A stretch of DNA of 64,000 nucleotides from Eledone cirrhosa (Eukaryota): contig OZ024741.1 of the NCBI GenBank assembly GCA_964016885.1, positions 350,858,001-350,922,000 of the forward strand. The letters run 5' to 3'. Both the position numbers and the translations under genes were made by a program. Positions 25,991 through 38,819 of the stretch are shown here, piece by piece (positions within the stretch are counted from its first letter, which is position 1; every line of letters begins with the position of its first letter). The notes beneath the pieces are model-generated. The model had not been told where the DNA came from. It worked only from the letters and a program-made list of their open reading frames with translations, and did no database searches.

Positions 25991-26219
25991 CATGTGCACA
26001 GGATGAAGCAAGCATGTCAAACTGAGGGTCCCCCAAAGGCCACACACGACAACTAATTTTATGAAGATAAAACATGTTCGCGTTGTACCTTTGTGTGAGC
26101 CGCATGTTTGACATGCCTGATCTAGAGGACACTAGACAGCATCAACCCCCCTCTTCTCTCCACTGCCTACATACCTTTCATCACCCTAATACTTATCCAT
26201 TGCCAGCCTGTATACTTGT

Positions 26220-26410
26220 TTAACCCTTTAGCATTTACATATATATTATATTTTCATGGTAAAGGCTTTACCTTACATAATTATCTCTCAATATTGAATC
26301 TGAGATTTTGATATTATTTTGAGAATACCTTAGCATAAGTATGAGCAGCTGGTTTGAACAGAAAGAGGTGAGAGAATTCTGGCTGGATATGGCCGAGTTT
26401 AAATGCTAAT
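26220..26410. mobile_element. piggyBac-type MITE (one end truncated)
   Basis: TTAACCCTTTAGCATTTAC start and family-typical body. Confidence 0.75.
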
Positions 26411-28604
26411 CTGCCCTCTTTGTATGATGGTTTTACTGATGACACAAATGTGTATGTGTGTATCATCCTTATCACAGTTTAACTTCCATTTTTCCATACT
26501 AGCATGGGTGTATATGTATATGTTGCACTCATATAAATAAATACATATAGACATGCACACACACATACATACATACAAACATATATATATATAAATATAA
26601 AAAAAAACATTTACATACATACACAAACATTATATATATACATATATATATATATATAAAAACAGTTAAATTCTATAGCAACCTATAAGAAACTGTATTG
26701 CCTGGTCTGAGAAGTTTTCTTCTAAACAATGCCAGGTATGGTAAACTACTGAAAGAAACAACATTGCTAAACAAACCTTTTAAGATCTCAAACGAGGAGA
26801 TACTTCTGAAGGAATCTGATCTTAAATACAAAAGGTACGAGATAGAAAAACTGGATATCAAGGTATATGGAATGGTTAGAGAATAGGCATGAGAAACAAT
26901 TAGTATAATCAAACATTTGTCGTTTTTATTTCCAGTGGTATTTAAAACAAATATTTCCTTATTTGCTACAGTTTTGCATTTCTTTCTCGTTTTATTTTTT
27001 TTGTGTTTAGCCTCTGGCTGTAAGATATGGAGGAGAGAGAAACCTCTCAAAGTTCAGGTTGGAAACTCCAGAACATCTATTTACCCCCCTCCCCTCTCTC
27101 TCATTGCTCACACACAGTTAGGTGAACAGATGCAATGTAGAAGTTATTCAACAGTTTCAACAGTTATGCACAAACTCAAGACCCATGAATTTGCAACCAA
27201 ATATTCATGTAGCACAATACAAATTAATGGGAAAGAGAAAATGTTTTTTGAAAGGGAAAAAAAAAAAAAAAAAAAAAGTAGCACAGTGGTTTCTTGATGT
27301 CACAAGCTAAGAAACACTACACTAAATGCATTTTGAAATAAGGCATCAGTATCCAAGACTCTGGACATAAGTTTAGATTTTGTGGAGGAAGACCCTTTAA
27401 AACCACAGTCAGTCATAAAGACTTTTTAAGGCAACTGTTGAAGTGGCACAAATGGTATTTCTGAGATCTACAATGTATGTATAAATGAATGTGCATCTTT
27501 AGGCACAAGACCACACAATTCTAGAAGAGAACAAGACTATATGATGTTCATGTCAATGGCCATCAGCAGCATGCACAACGACAACTAGTTTCTACTGACA
27601 ATCAAAATTAAACTGCATTCTTGACTTGCACTGAGCTAGCTCTTGGTCTACTACGTGTAAACTAGACAGAAGGCTATTTTAAAAAAATGTAGATGGGGAA
27701 TTTGCTTCCAGTGTATTTCTGGCACTTTGTGCTGCCCTATATATTTTCTACCATTTCAATAAAGGGAGGATAAAAACATAACACTGGCAAATTCATTAAC
27801 ACAGCTTGCCCCACACAGATCTTTTAAACAATGAAAACAGAATCTATTTTTTAAATACAAAAGATTAAATTAACCTACATTCCTTTTGAGATATCTTCCC
27901 TCAAGTTAATTACCATGATCTAAATTCGATGATTTATTCTTAATAATAATTGTCACTGAATTGTTCTCAATAAATAATTCCATGAATAATTAAAAGATCA
28001 CTTATATGCCTTTTAGATGTAAACAACACAAAAAAATAAAATAACATGCCAAAATTGGCTTTAACGATCTGAGAGTATCTTCACAGTGATTAATGGACAA
28101 ATTGACAAGTTGATTTTGATTCCACAAAGGTTTTAAATAATACATTGGCTTTCAATTTGACCTTGACTCAACTTCACCAGCATTCAGCTAATGGTCCTTG
28201 AAATCATATTACTTTTAGTTTAACAGTGAAAAATAACTCCATTAATGAAATAGTGGGCATTCATTCATTCATTCATTCATTCATTCACTCACTCACTTAT
28301 TCAGGGTTTAAAAAAAGTCGGGGTGACTAATTTCCAGTCAAAAGTTCCAGAGTTTGTGATAGGGAAAAGATTCCTCAATGAAATGTTAAAAAAATTATTA
28401 CTTGATCCCTGCACAGAACATAATGGAGTAAACACCACCCCACTTCTCTCACGAGTGACTTTTTAAAGTCATATGGATGTTTTTTTTCTTTTGTAGAAAT
28501 GGGCGATCATATTTGTTCTGTATGCTCATTTTATTTTCTCTTTACCTTTGCTCTGTATGTTCTCTTCTTCAATACAAATCTGATGATTGTAGTGCTTTAA
28601 AGCT

Positions 28605-28671
28605 CTAGTTTACATTTATATAATAACTGTCTTTATTTGATGAGAGAGCACGCAGACTGTTTGCAATTTCT
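28605..28671 (-). CDS. USP37: USP37 last coding exon
   Basis: [21 protein letters not shown], preceded by a ttgcag acceptor. Confidence 0.8.
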
Positions 28672-31600
28672 CTGCAATAGAAAAAAACAAAGAAAAATAC
28701 AAATGTGAATCCTTTTGGAATCTTCAATAGTGTTTAGGAACACCGCATGAGTTCTAAATTTACATCACTGTTGGTGCTACAATAAAATGCACTCAGTATA
28801 CTCTAAAGGGAATCCAGCTGTAGAAACGGTGATAAGCAATGGGCTGAGAAGACTGGTGTGGCCCCAATAAAATGTACTCAATATACTCTCAAGTGGTTAG
28901 TGATAGGAAGGGCTGTCAGCTGTAAAACCATGCCAAAACTAGAATGTATCTAAATGAGGCATGGAACCAAGTCCATCTGGGAGACAATAGTTCTGATTAA
29001 TTACTGTCTTGATTTATGATGGCCTAGGCAACCCATGTCATCCTGGGAAAATGATGTTGATGATTTATCAATTAGCCTATATGATAAATATGAAACACTT
29101 GATAAACCTTTAAAAGATTGACTGGAATATTATTCTCTAGTGTTTAGGGTGTTAGACTCATGATTATAATGTTATCATTTAACATCCATTTTCCACTTTT
29201 ATCAAGGGTTTCCAGACTGGGCAGTATGTTGTGTTCTTGACCAAACTGCTTAATTTTACATTTCTCCAGTTCACCCAATTGAAAAAGATAGGTACTAGCA
29301 GCAGCTAGGGATTAACTCTTACAATAGACTGGCACCTGGTCCAGAGGGTAAGTCTTTTCATGAAACATTCTATGAAATGCAACCTCATAGAAAGCCAGCT
29401 AAATCTACATTTTATTCAATATTCTTCCAAAACATTAGCTTTAATTCTTAACATCTGCATTAGAAAGACTGCAACATATTAAAAATTAAAACTAATTTAC
29501 TGCAAATTTTCACAACAATCTATCCACAAGTTAAGATACTATACACATTCAAATTAACCAACCCACTTTTAGATATTTGGATTAAATGCATGAAAAGGCA
29601 AGTGATGATGGTGAGATTAAGTAATAACAATATAAACTTACTTTGATAAATAGAAAAAAATGTAACCAGAATCTTGGCGTGTGTTTTGTACTTCTGTCTC
29701 GTTAGTTAACCGAACTTCTTTGTCATCAAACGAATACCATTTATTGGTTTGTAGATCTAGAACTTCACTTAGATAGTGTCCTGATGGAAAATACATGAAT
29801 ACAAGTAAAAACAACTAAAAACATTTGGACATTTTATCTAAAGGGTAAAAGAAAAATATATTTTTAAGTATGCATATTTACCCTTTTAAGACTTAAACTG
29901 CCTAAAATTGCACCAGGTTCTTTTATCAAAAAGTATTCCATCATAATTTTAGTTAAGAACCTTTGTTAACCTGTTAGCATTTACATTACTCTATATATAC
30001 TATTGTACTTTTGTGGTAACAGCTTTATCTTACATAATTATCTCACACAATATCAAATCTATGAGGCACATGGCTTAGTGGTTAGAGCATTGGCCTTGTA
30101 ATTGAAAGGTTGTGAGTTCAATTCTCAGACCGGGTGATGTGTTGTTTCCTTGAACAAGACACTTTATTTCACATTGCTCCAGTTTACTCAGCTGTAGAAA
30201 TGAGATGATAGGGACTGGGGTCCATATCATTCCACTGCAAAGTGGTCGTGGAGGTGCCACGGCAAAAAAGTACCCAGCACTCACTGTAAATGAGGTTGGT
30301 GTTAGGAAGGGCATCCAGCTGTAGAAATCAAGCCAAAATCAGTTCCCGTCCCACCCTTGCAAGCAGGGAAAAGTGGACTTAAAATGAAATGATGATGAGA
30401 TTTTGATGTTATTTATTTTGCGAACTATACCATAACATCAGTATGAGTAGCCGGTTACAGTTGATTTGAACAGAAAGTGAGAGAATTCTGGTTGGATATG
30501 GCCGGTTTAAGTGTTAAAGAGTTAAAGTATTCATATCTAACCCTTTTAATATTTAAACTGTCTGAAATTGTCCCAGGTTCTGATACAAAGCTTTTTTTCT
30601 TCTTTTTATCAAAAAATATTCCATCATAATTTTATATAAGAACCTTTGTTAACTTATAATAGTTATATTAACTAAATCCTTCAAAATTCTTGATTATTTC
30701 CAAAATTATTTCAAAACCATAAGCATTGTTTTTCATTAGGAATATGGCATATTTATCTAAAACCCTCCATCATAATTTTATGCAGCTTAATAATGAGAAA
30801 GTTATATAACAATTATATATCTTCACTTGCACTTGCATTGGGCAAGACAACAGACATGCCTCACTTATCCTGTAAAGATATGACTAGGTCCCCTATAATT
30901 AAAACACCTGAGAATAAAATCAAAAGGCATAGAGTTATGATAAACTTACCAGAAACAGATGTATTTCCAATATGTGCAACAACACTGACAAGTTGGTAGG
31001 AATGAGGTAAATTACCTTCCTGGAAGATAGAAATAAAAAATAGATATATAATTAAGTGTAACAATGAACTCAATAGCTAACAGTAAAGTGTCTCTATATT
31101 TAGTTTTTACCATAGCCATGTCATAAAAGGGACTAAAAGAGATATGGAGCCTACAGTACAGGCAACCTATTTAGGAGGGCAGTAATTTTAAATATAAAAC
31201 TGATAAAGTAGAGGAGACTCTTTAGTTATTATGTAATACAATGACAAGATCTTATTACTGACAATATATATATAAAGTGAAAAGACAAAAAGTGCTCAGC
31301 TCACACTGTAAAATGGTGTAGGTGTGTGTGTGTCACAACAAAAAGTGCCTAGTCCACCCCGTTAGTTGTCACATAGGTGTCAACAAAAAGCATCCACTGT
31401 AAATGTGGCTGGCGTTAGGAAGGGCATCCAGCCATAAAACTCAAACAAAAGAAATCAGCTCTGTGTGAGAAAAACACGGTCCTCCGACCTGGCTTGTCTC
31501 ACAAGGGGACAGCCTGTCTAACCCATGTTGGCATGGAAAATGGACATTAAATGATGATAATGATATTCAGAATACCTTATTACGGATAATATATATATCT

Positions 31601-34600
31601 TGTAATACATTGCCATCCAAACAAATCCGGTTAATTGCATAAGAATTTCAATCACTGACGCTATGCAATTAACGAAACAATTATACCAGCTTACAGGTAA
31701 ATCAACTCAAAAGCTGAGAATAAAAGGTCTTGATTATGAATATTGGTGACAAGATAGAAAAATAATCCCAACTTACTAACCACTCCACGTGACCCAGTAT
31801 TCTATATATAAAATAATTTAAGAATTTGAATATTACAATAGCCTAACTAATGAAGGTGCATGGCTTAGTGGTTAGACTGCTGAGCTCGGGATTGTCATGT
31901 CATCGGTTTGCTTCCTGGACTAAACAGCATATATTCTTGAATAAAACACTTTATTTTACATTGCTCCACTCAACTCAACTGAAAGTGAGTACTAGCAGCA
32001 GTAACTGGATGTTAAACCTGTGACCAACTGATGTCTCATCACTTAACAAATCCAGGATATGCCTCCAGACCAAAGACAGACTTTAACCCTTTAGCATTTA
32101 CATTACTCTATATTTGCTACATTTTTATGGTAAAGTCTTTACCTCACATAATATCGAATCTATAAAAATTTTGGTATTACTTATTTTGAGAATACTTTAA
32201 GATCAGTATGAGTGGCCGGTTCGAACAGAAAGAGGAGAGAGAATTCTAGCCAGATACGGCTGGTTTAAATGCTAAAGGGTTAATAACCTGTTAATGTAAC
32301 TAACATCTAAGCCATGCCAAAATGGAAAGCACATGATGATGAATGTCAAAACATAATATATAAAGGAGAAATTACCTTAGCATTAGTTTTTAACATTTCA
32401 ATTTCTTCTTTTGACCGTTTCAATGTCTCAACAGAGACTCCAAATTCTGTAGGTGCTGGTTGAAGCTCATCATCATAATTTAAATCTGGGAAGAATATAT
32501 AATAGTAATGATGATTACTCAAATTATAAGCAGAAGGCCAGACATTTTCAACAAGGGCACAATGGTTAAAATGGCATTCCCTTCCCTACTACTTAAATAC
32601 TTATTTCAAAATGACTATGAAGAGATAAAAGGCAAAGTTAACCATGGTCAGATTTGAACTAGGAAACAAAGGAGCTTACAAAAATATGACATACCACTGC
32701 TCTTATAATACTTTCTAATTTAAGAATTCAGTAATATAGGTTACTGACGACCCCAAGGAATGCGCAGAGCTCATTGCTGAATGCTATGCAGGCATTTTCA
32801 CTATTGAAGACCAGAGCGTACCATCTCCACCACCTATGACACCGGACTCTATTACAACCATGGAATTTACACCTGCAATGCTGCGACATCACCTAAAAAA
32901 ATAAACACAACCATGCCTCTCCTGGTCTTGATGGTGTTACGTACCTGCTTCTTAAACGTGGTGGGTACTTCCTTCTGCACCAGTTATCACGCTTCTTCCA
33001 ATTCTGTCTGAACAACGGTGCTACTCCAGAACAGTGGAAAACTACCAGTGTCATTCCTCTGTTCAAAAAGGGTGACCGCACATCATCTGTGAACTATCGT
33101 ACAGTCAGTCTTACTAGTTGCATTGCCAAACTGATGGAATCCTGTGTCAGAGAAACTTCTGGAACTCTCACAGTCTTATCCGGCCCTTGCAATTTGGCTT
33201 TATCCCCAACTCCAGCTGCTGTGATCAACTTATCGAGTTTCTTGAAGACATCACCCAGATCACTGATGGCGGCTCATGGGTGGATGTTGTTTACCTTGAC
33301 TTTGCGAAAGCCTTCAATTCAATTCTTATGACAAAACTCTCTGCAATGAGTGTGAAGGATGATCTTTTTAACTGGTTGAAGTTCTTCATTCTCAGTCGAA
33401 GAGAGGTAGTGACGGTTCTGGGACAGCATTCCTCACCATATGAGATGTCATCTAGTGTACCACAGGGATCTGTTCTTGGCCCCCTTTTGTTTGTGGCATA
33501 TATTAATGACATAGATGCCAACTTAAAGAATTCCACAGTACTAAAGTACACAGATGACATCAAGCTGTACCTTGAGATAAAAAGGACAGATCTTGAACAC
33601 TATAGATCTTGCTTGCAGTCTGACCTGGACACAATGCAACAATGGATCTCAGACTGGCAACTCAAGCTAGCTGTGGACAAGTGCACCACCATGCATTTTG
33701 GGAGTAAAAACCCAGCGTCCACATACTCCCTCCACAGCACTAATATCAAGAAGTCTTCTTGTGAACGTGACTTGGGCATTACGGTCAGCAGCGATTTGCG
33801 TTGGACGAAGCACGTCTCTAAAATTGTCAAGAGGGCCGAGGGTGTCATAGCATCATTCAGCAAGACCTTTGTCAGCCGCTCTCCAGCTATCTATTTAAGG
33901 CTGTACATGGCTATGGTGCAGCCACACTTAGAATTTGCATCACCAGTCTGGAACCCCTATCTTGCTCAGAACATTGATCACCCGGAAACTGTTCAGAGAC
34001 GTGCAACCAAGCGAATACCCGCCATCAGGCATCTACCATACTCTGAACGCCTTGCTTCCCTGGGACATTGAAGCTCCGACGCCTGGCAACAACAGAGAGG
34101 CAAGTGTGTTATATATATGTATGAGATGAAAGAATGGTATTTAACTAATGTAATGGTACGCGATGGGGCCCATGCACAGCTCCGGCGGACAGAATGGAGA
34201 AGGCGTTTCCCCAGAGGACAGCAAGGGAGATGCGCTGGAAAAGCCACTCCAACTCGCGGGGCTCACACCTACGGCTGGCCAGCTCAGCGCCTATGGTGGT
34301 GAGTAAGGAGATAGCCCTGGGGCCGAGGACACCAGAAGTTTCCACTGCCAGGAGAACGACCGCAAACCTGTCGGAGAACGACCGGTATTTGAGGAGTTTG
34401 GCCCCCTCAGCCCGACGTGCAGCAGAACCTGGGTCAGTTGCAGACTGCACCAGGTTGCAGCTGCAGAAAGTGTCAGTGCAAGTGGCATCCCAGACGAGGG
34501 GTTTGCCACCGCGGAATGGGAAGATGGTCATGCCATCTGGCCTTTTGCCGTGCCCTCGATCCAGCCCCACCGGCTCGAGCTGGGAAGGGAAGCCTGCAGC

Positions 34601-37600
34601 ATCCAAGCCATGCTTAATGACCTCATTGAGGGCAGTATGGCGTGGAATGCAGCCGGCACTGTGGCAACAGGAAAGCGGGTGGAGGCCGAATGAGTCCACA
34701 GTGGAACCGCAGCGACATTGGTGTGGCTGGCAGATCCGGAGGCCGAGCCTCAGGGAAACGCAAATTCGTAGGCTATGGTTGTCTAGCTGCGTGCCAGTGG
34801 AGAAGGAAGGCAGAGCATGGAGCCAGGCACCACTGTGGGGTTTGGAGGCCGCACGAAAACAAGCAAGGCGGTGCTGGTTGTGCTGGTGCGTGAGCCTGTC
34901 TGAGGCCAGGCTGCACTGGATGGCATCCCAAGTGCGTTGGGGGTCTTGACGTCAATAGGGAGAGAAGGAGGGACGTCTACTGGGCTAAGTCCCAACCAGT
35001 CCCACGTCTCACAAGCGGCCTTACGTTCTCTGAACACAGAGGGTTCTGTTGTGTTTTGAAGAACCCTGCTGACGAGGACACGGCACGGGGTTACCGACGA
35101 AAGATACGCCGGCAAAGCTAGTGAGATCGGGGACCGGTAAAGTGGCCTGTTGTCACCCTATGTCGTGAAACTTGACGTTGCATATCCCCTCGGCTGCTGC
35201 TCGGATACAAGTATCGAGGTCAGCGAGGAGAGATGTCTGGGTGTAGCATGGAGCGTTGCGGAGTGTATAGAGAAGCTTCGGCATGGCGAAGTAGTTCCTC
35301 CGCAGAAAGCTGGGTGGCCGTCAATGAAGCCCGGTCGGCTCGTGAGAGTTTGGAGTTGTTGAAGCATGGACCTGATGGTGGAGCAGATGGCTGGCGGGTG
35401 GATCGGTGACCCAAGGATGAGGACATCCTCTTTGGGGGTCACCTGAACCTGGCGGAGAATGGACCGCACGTCCAAGACGGAGGCTGCAAAGCTCACAGCA
35501 TTGAGGCTGACGTTCACCACCTCCTTGGCCGAGTTGACCTGGAGGCCGATTCTCGCCAGGGCAGGAATCACCGATTGAAGGTCTTGGCAGACCGTTCGTA
35601 CGGGCCCGCCTAACGTAGCATCACCCAGATACCAAAAGTTGAGAGGGCCCGTGATACTCCGGGCGAACAGGAGGGGTCCCAAAGGGTCGCCCTCTTGGAC
35701 CCCAGTGGCCGAGGGTATGACCGTATCAGCAGCTAGGAGCATGCTCGGGGCTCCATATGACAGGTAGGCCAGCGGGTAGGCAGAGGGGGCTCGGCTGAGG
35801 CAGGCCTCGAGCAGATGATCCCGGCGTAAAGAGTTAAAGGCATTCCTCATGTCAAGCTTGACAATGAAGTGGCTGGAGTCTCTGAATGCTGGTACCGATG
35901 GGCAGCTGCTGAAGAATTGCCTGATTGCATGAGAGGCTCCCTCACAGCCACCGGATACGCCAACACCCAGTTGCACCGGACTAAACTCCTCACCTAGTTC
36001 ATGTGTGACGGACTTGCAGATCACCTTGGCAGCCAGCCTCCAGAAGACATTGCCCACAGCAATGGGACGTATGCCACCCTTTTTCTTCCTGAGAGCGGTG
36101 AGGCTGGCCGAAAAAAGAGGCCTTAGGCGTAAGGGTCGAGGGCACCATGAATGAGCCTATTGGTGAGCGCCACAATTGCACTCAGAAGAGAGGGGGGATG
36201 TAAACTCCTTGAGGTGGCCTGGTCGGAGACCATCAACACCTCCACAGATGCTAGCTGGGAAGGACCTGATAGCGGACATGATATCTGCATCAGTAGCCAC
36301 AAGGAGCAGGTGGGGGTCGGGTGGGGGTATGGGTCTGAGATCAGTGGGTGGCTCAGGGCGTTCGAGCTGCAGAGCAGCCAGGATCTCGGTGGGTTGGAGG
36401 ACAGTGTCCTCTGAGGTAACAACTCTGACTGCGGCCGAGACATCACCCATGATAAGCTTTGCGTTTACCTGGTCACGCAAACGCTTGGCGCTGTCCTCGG
36501 GGGTACCTGAGGGTGGGGTGTGTGGCGTCCCTGGGCACGCTTGGAATGGACGCTCGCCCAAATGACGAGACATTGGCCTTGACGAAGGCTGCTGCTGACC
36601 GGCCGCCCTGGTCACTGGAGCTGGGGAGGCCGAGGGCCAGTAGGGCGAAATAGAACAGCCGCTCCCGGTCACTGGCTTGATTGGAGTCCAGGGTGCTCTC
36701 AATCGAGGAAGCAAGAGCATCGGCCACCGGCACTCGTGCCGCTCTCGACATCCTGAGTGGGATCTTCCGGAGCCGCCTGAGCCGAGCGATGTTGACCAGC
36801 GAGGCTCGGGTGTCAGGCAAGCTCGCTGTCCCATCTGGTGGTGTGCCAGATGGCCGTGGCTGGGAAGAGGCAGCTCCTGCACCTCCACGCTGCGAGGGCA
36901 TTGGAAGATCGACGAGTCAAGCCAACGCAGGTGAGGTGGAGGAAGCAGCCGCACCCCAAACAGTTCCGGCTGCTCTTCCGTTTGTTAGTAGTGCCACAAG
37001 TGCTGCAGGAGTCAATTTGGAGGGGTGTGGCGCACTGAGCGGCATCAGGGGTGGGTGGCTGGTGTGTGTGGTTGGAAGGGAAAGTCCTGGTAAGAGGGCA
37101 GCATAGCTCACCTATATATATGGAGGTGCCAGAAAACGAGAGCGAAAAGGGGCAGTAAATGAATGAGTGAATGGATGGATGTACACACAAAAAAAGGGGG
37201 GGACAAGGGGTTGTTCCCAGCGGAAAGACCCAGAAAACAGCACGCACACATGCAAGCAACTGAGCAGTTTGTTAAAGACAATATTCTCAATGGACGTGCT
37301 TACAATATTTGAATATAACTGAACAGTCGTGTCATTTAATTTGAAAAGTGGAGCAAAGTAAAAGGAAAATAGTGAATTTGGAGTGTCAATCCCTTGTGAT
37401 TTTTTTTCCAATACCAGACTTAGTTTTCCAGGATTTATACTCACCCCCCCCCCCCATCAAAAGGATGGAGGCGTTTTATCTCCTCATGAAACTGACATTA
37501 CTTAATGATGTTCGTCATCTATGGCTTATTCATATGTATTATTTCATAACTCTATAGAACTATAAACACCCACAAAATTATTAACCATCTTGCCAACAAC

Positions 37601-38540
37601 AACCCTGAGTACCTTTTCGATTTCCATGTGTCTAACACACGTGGGCATGCCCACAAAGTCAGAAAACAGTACAGTTCCCATGACTTTCGGAAACATTTTT
37701 TCACGCTCAGAGTTGCTGAAGCATGGAACAAACTACCTGCATCGGTTGTTAGCTGTCGAGACACTGCATCCTTTAAGGCCTCCATGCTTCCCGAGATTCG
37801 CCAACACTACACCTAATGTTCCCCCTCCATACACATACACACATGTATATCATGACTCATACACTATTCACTTCCCTGACATTTGTGTATTATTCTATGT
37901 ACTATATATGCACCTTTGACGAGTTGTAGTGCACCTGAGCACTTTACACAATAATTTCATTATTATTATTATTATAGCTAAGTTTCTAGTTATTAATCTA
38001 GTGTTTGGAGGATAATTTAAAGTATATTACATAAAATTATAATGGCAGGTCATTTTTAGATAAAAGTAAACAGCTTAGTATAAAGAGTTTTATGGAATGA
38101 GTTGTCATCCTGTCTCATTTTTCATTTCATTTTACGATTCTGGCTTGATTTCTACAGCTGGATGCCCTTCCTAACACCAACCTCATTTACAGTGGAATGA
38201 TATGGACTCCAGTCCCTATCATCTCATTTCTACAGCTGAGTAAACTGGAGCAATGTGAAATAAAGGAAATAACACATCACCCGGTCTGAGAATTGAACTC
38301 ACAACCTTTCGATTGAAAGGCCAATGCTCTAACCACTAAGCCATGCGTCTCTATGTTGGAATAAACAATTTGTCAGAAGTCAAAATGATCACTGCAAACT
38401 TCACTTACCACAAAGGCTCATAGCTTTGGCTTTCTTCAGATCTTCCTCTTCTTGGTTCACACCAATCTTCTGAAAATGAACGATTTCTCTATTACAATTA
38501 CAACATTAAATTATATTGGAATTTTTATATAAACACATAC

Positions 38541-38595
<55 letters not shown>

Positions 38596-38775
38596 AGAGC
38601 TTCTACAGGACTAGAACTGTTTCATTCATGAGAAATCATCAGGAAGCTCTGATGATTTCTCACAAATGAAACAGTTCTAGTCCTGTAGCTCTTCTATATT
38701 AAAACATTTATACTCTGCTATGTATTGAGTACCTTACTGACTGTGGTTACCTCCGATTCAACCCGGAATAACTTA

Positions 38776-38819
<44 letters not shown>

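Noticed and set aside
26673-27310. Overlapping 60-126 aa ORFs between METTL23 and USP37
   Set aside because: No motifs or splice structure; likely 3' UTR or intergenic sequence.
34194-37106. Several plus-strand ORFs of 100-250 aa
   Set aside because: They are antisense shadows of the GC-rich CRE-like ORF.
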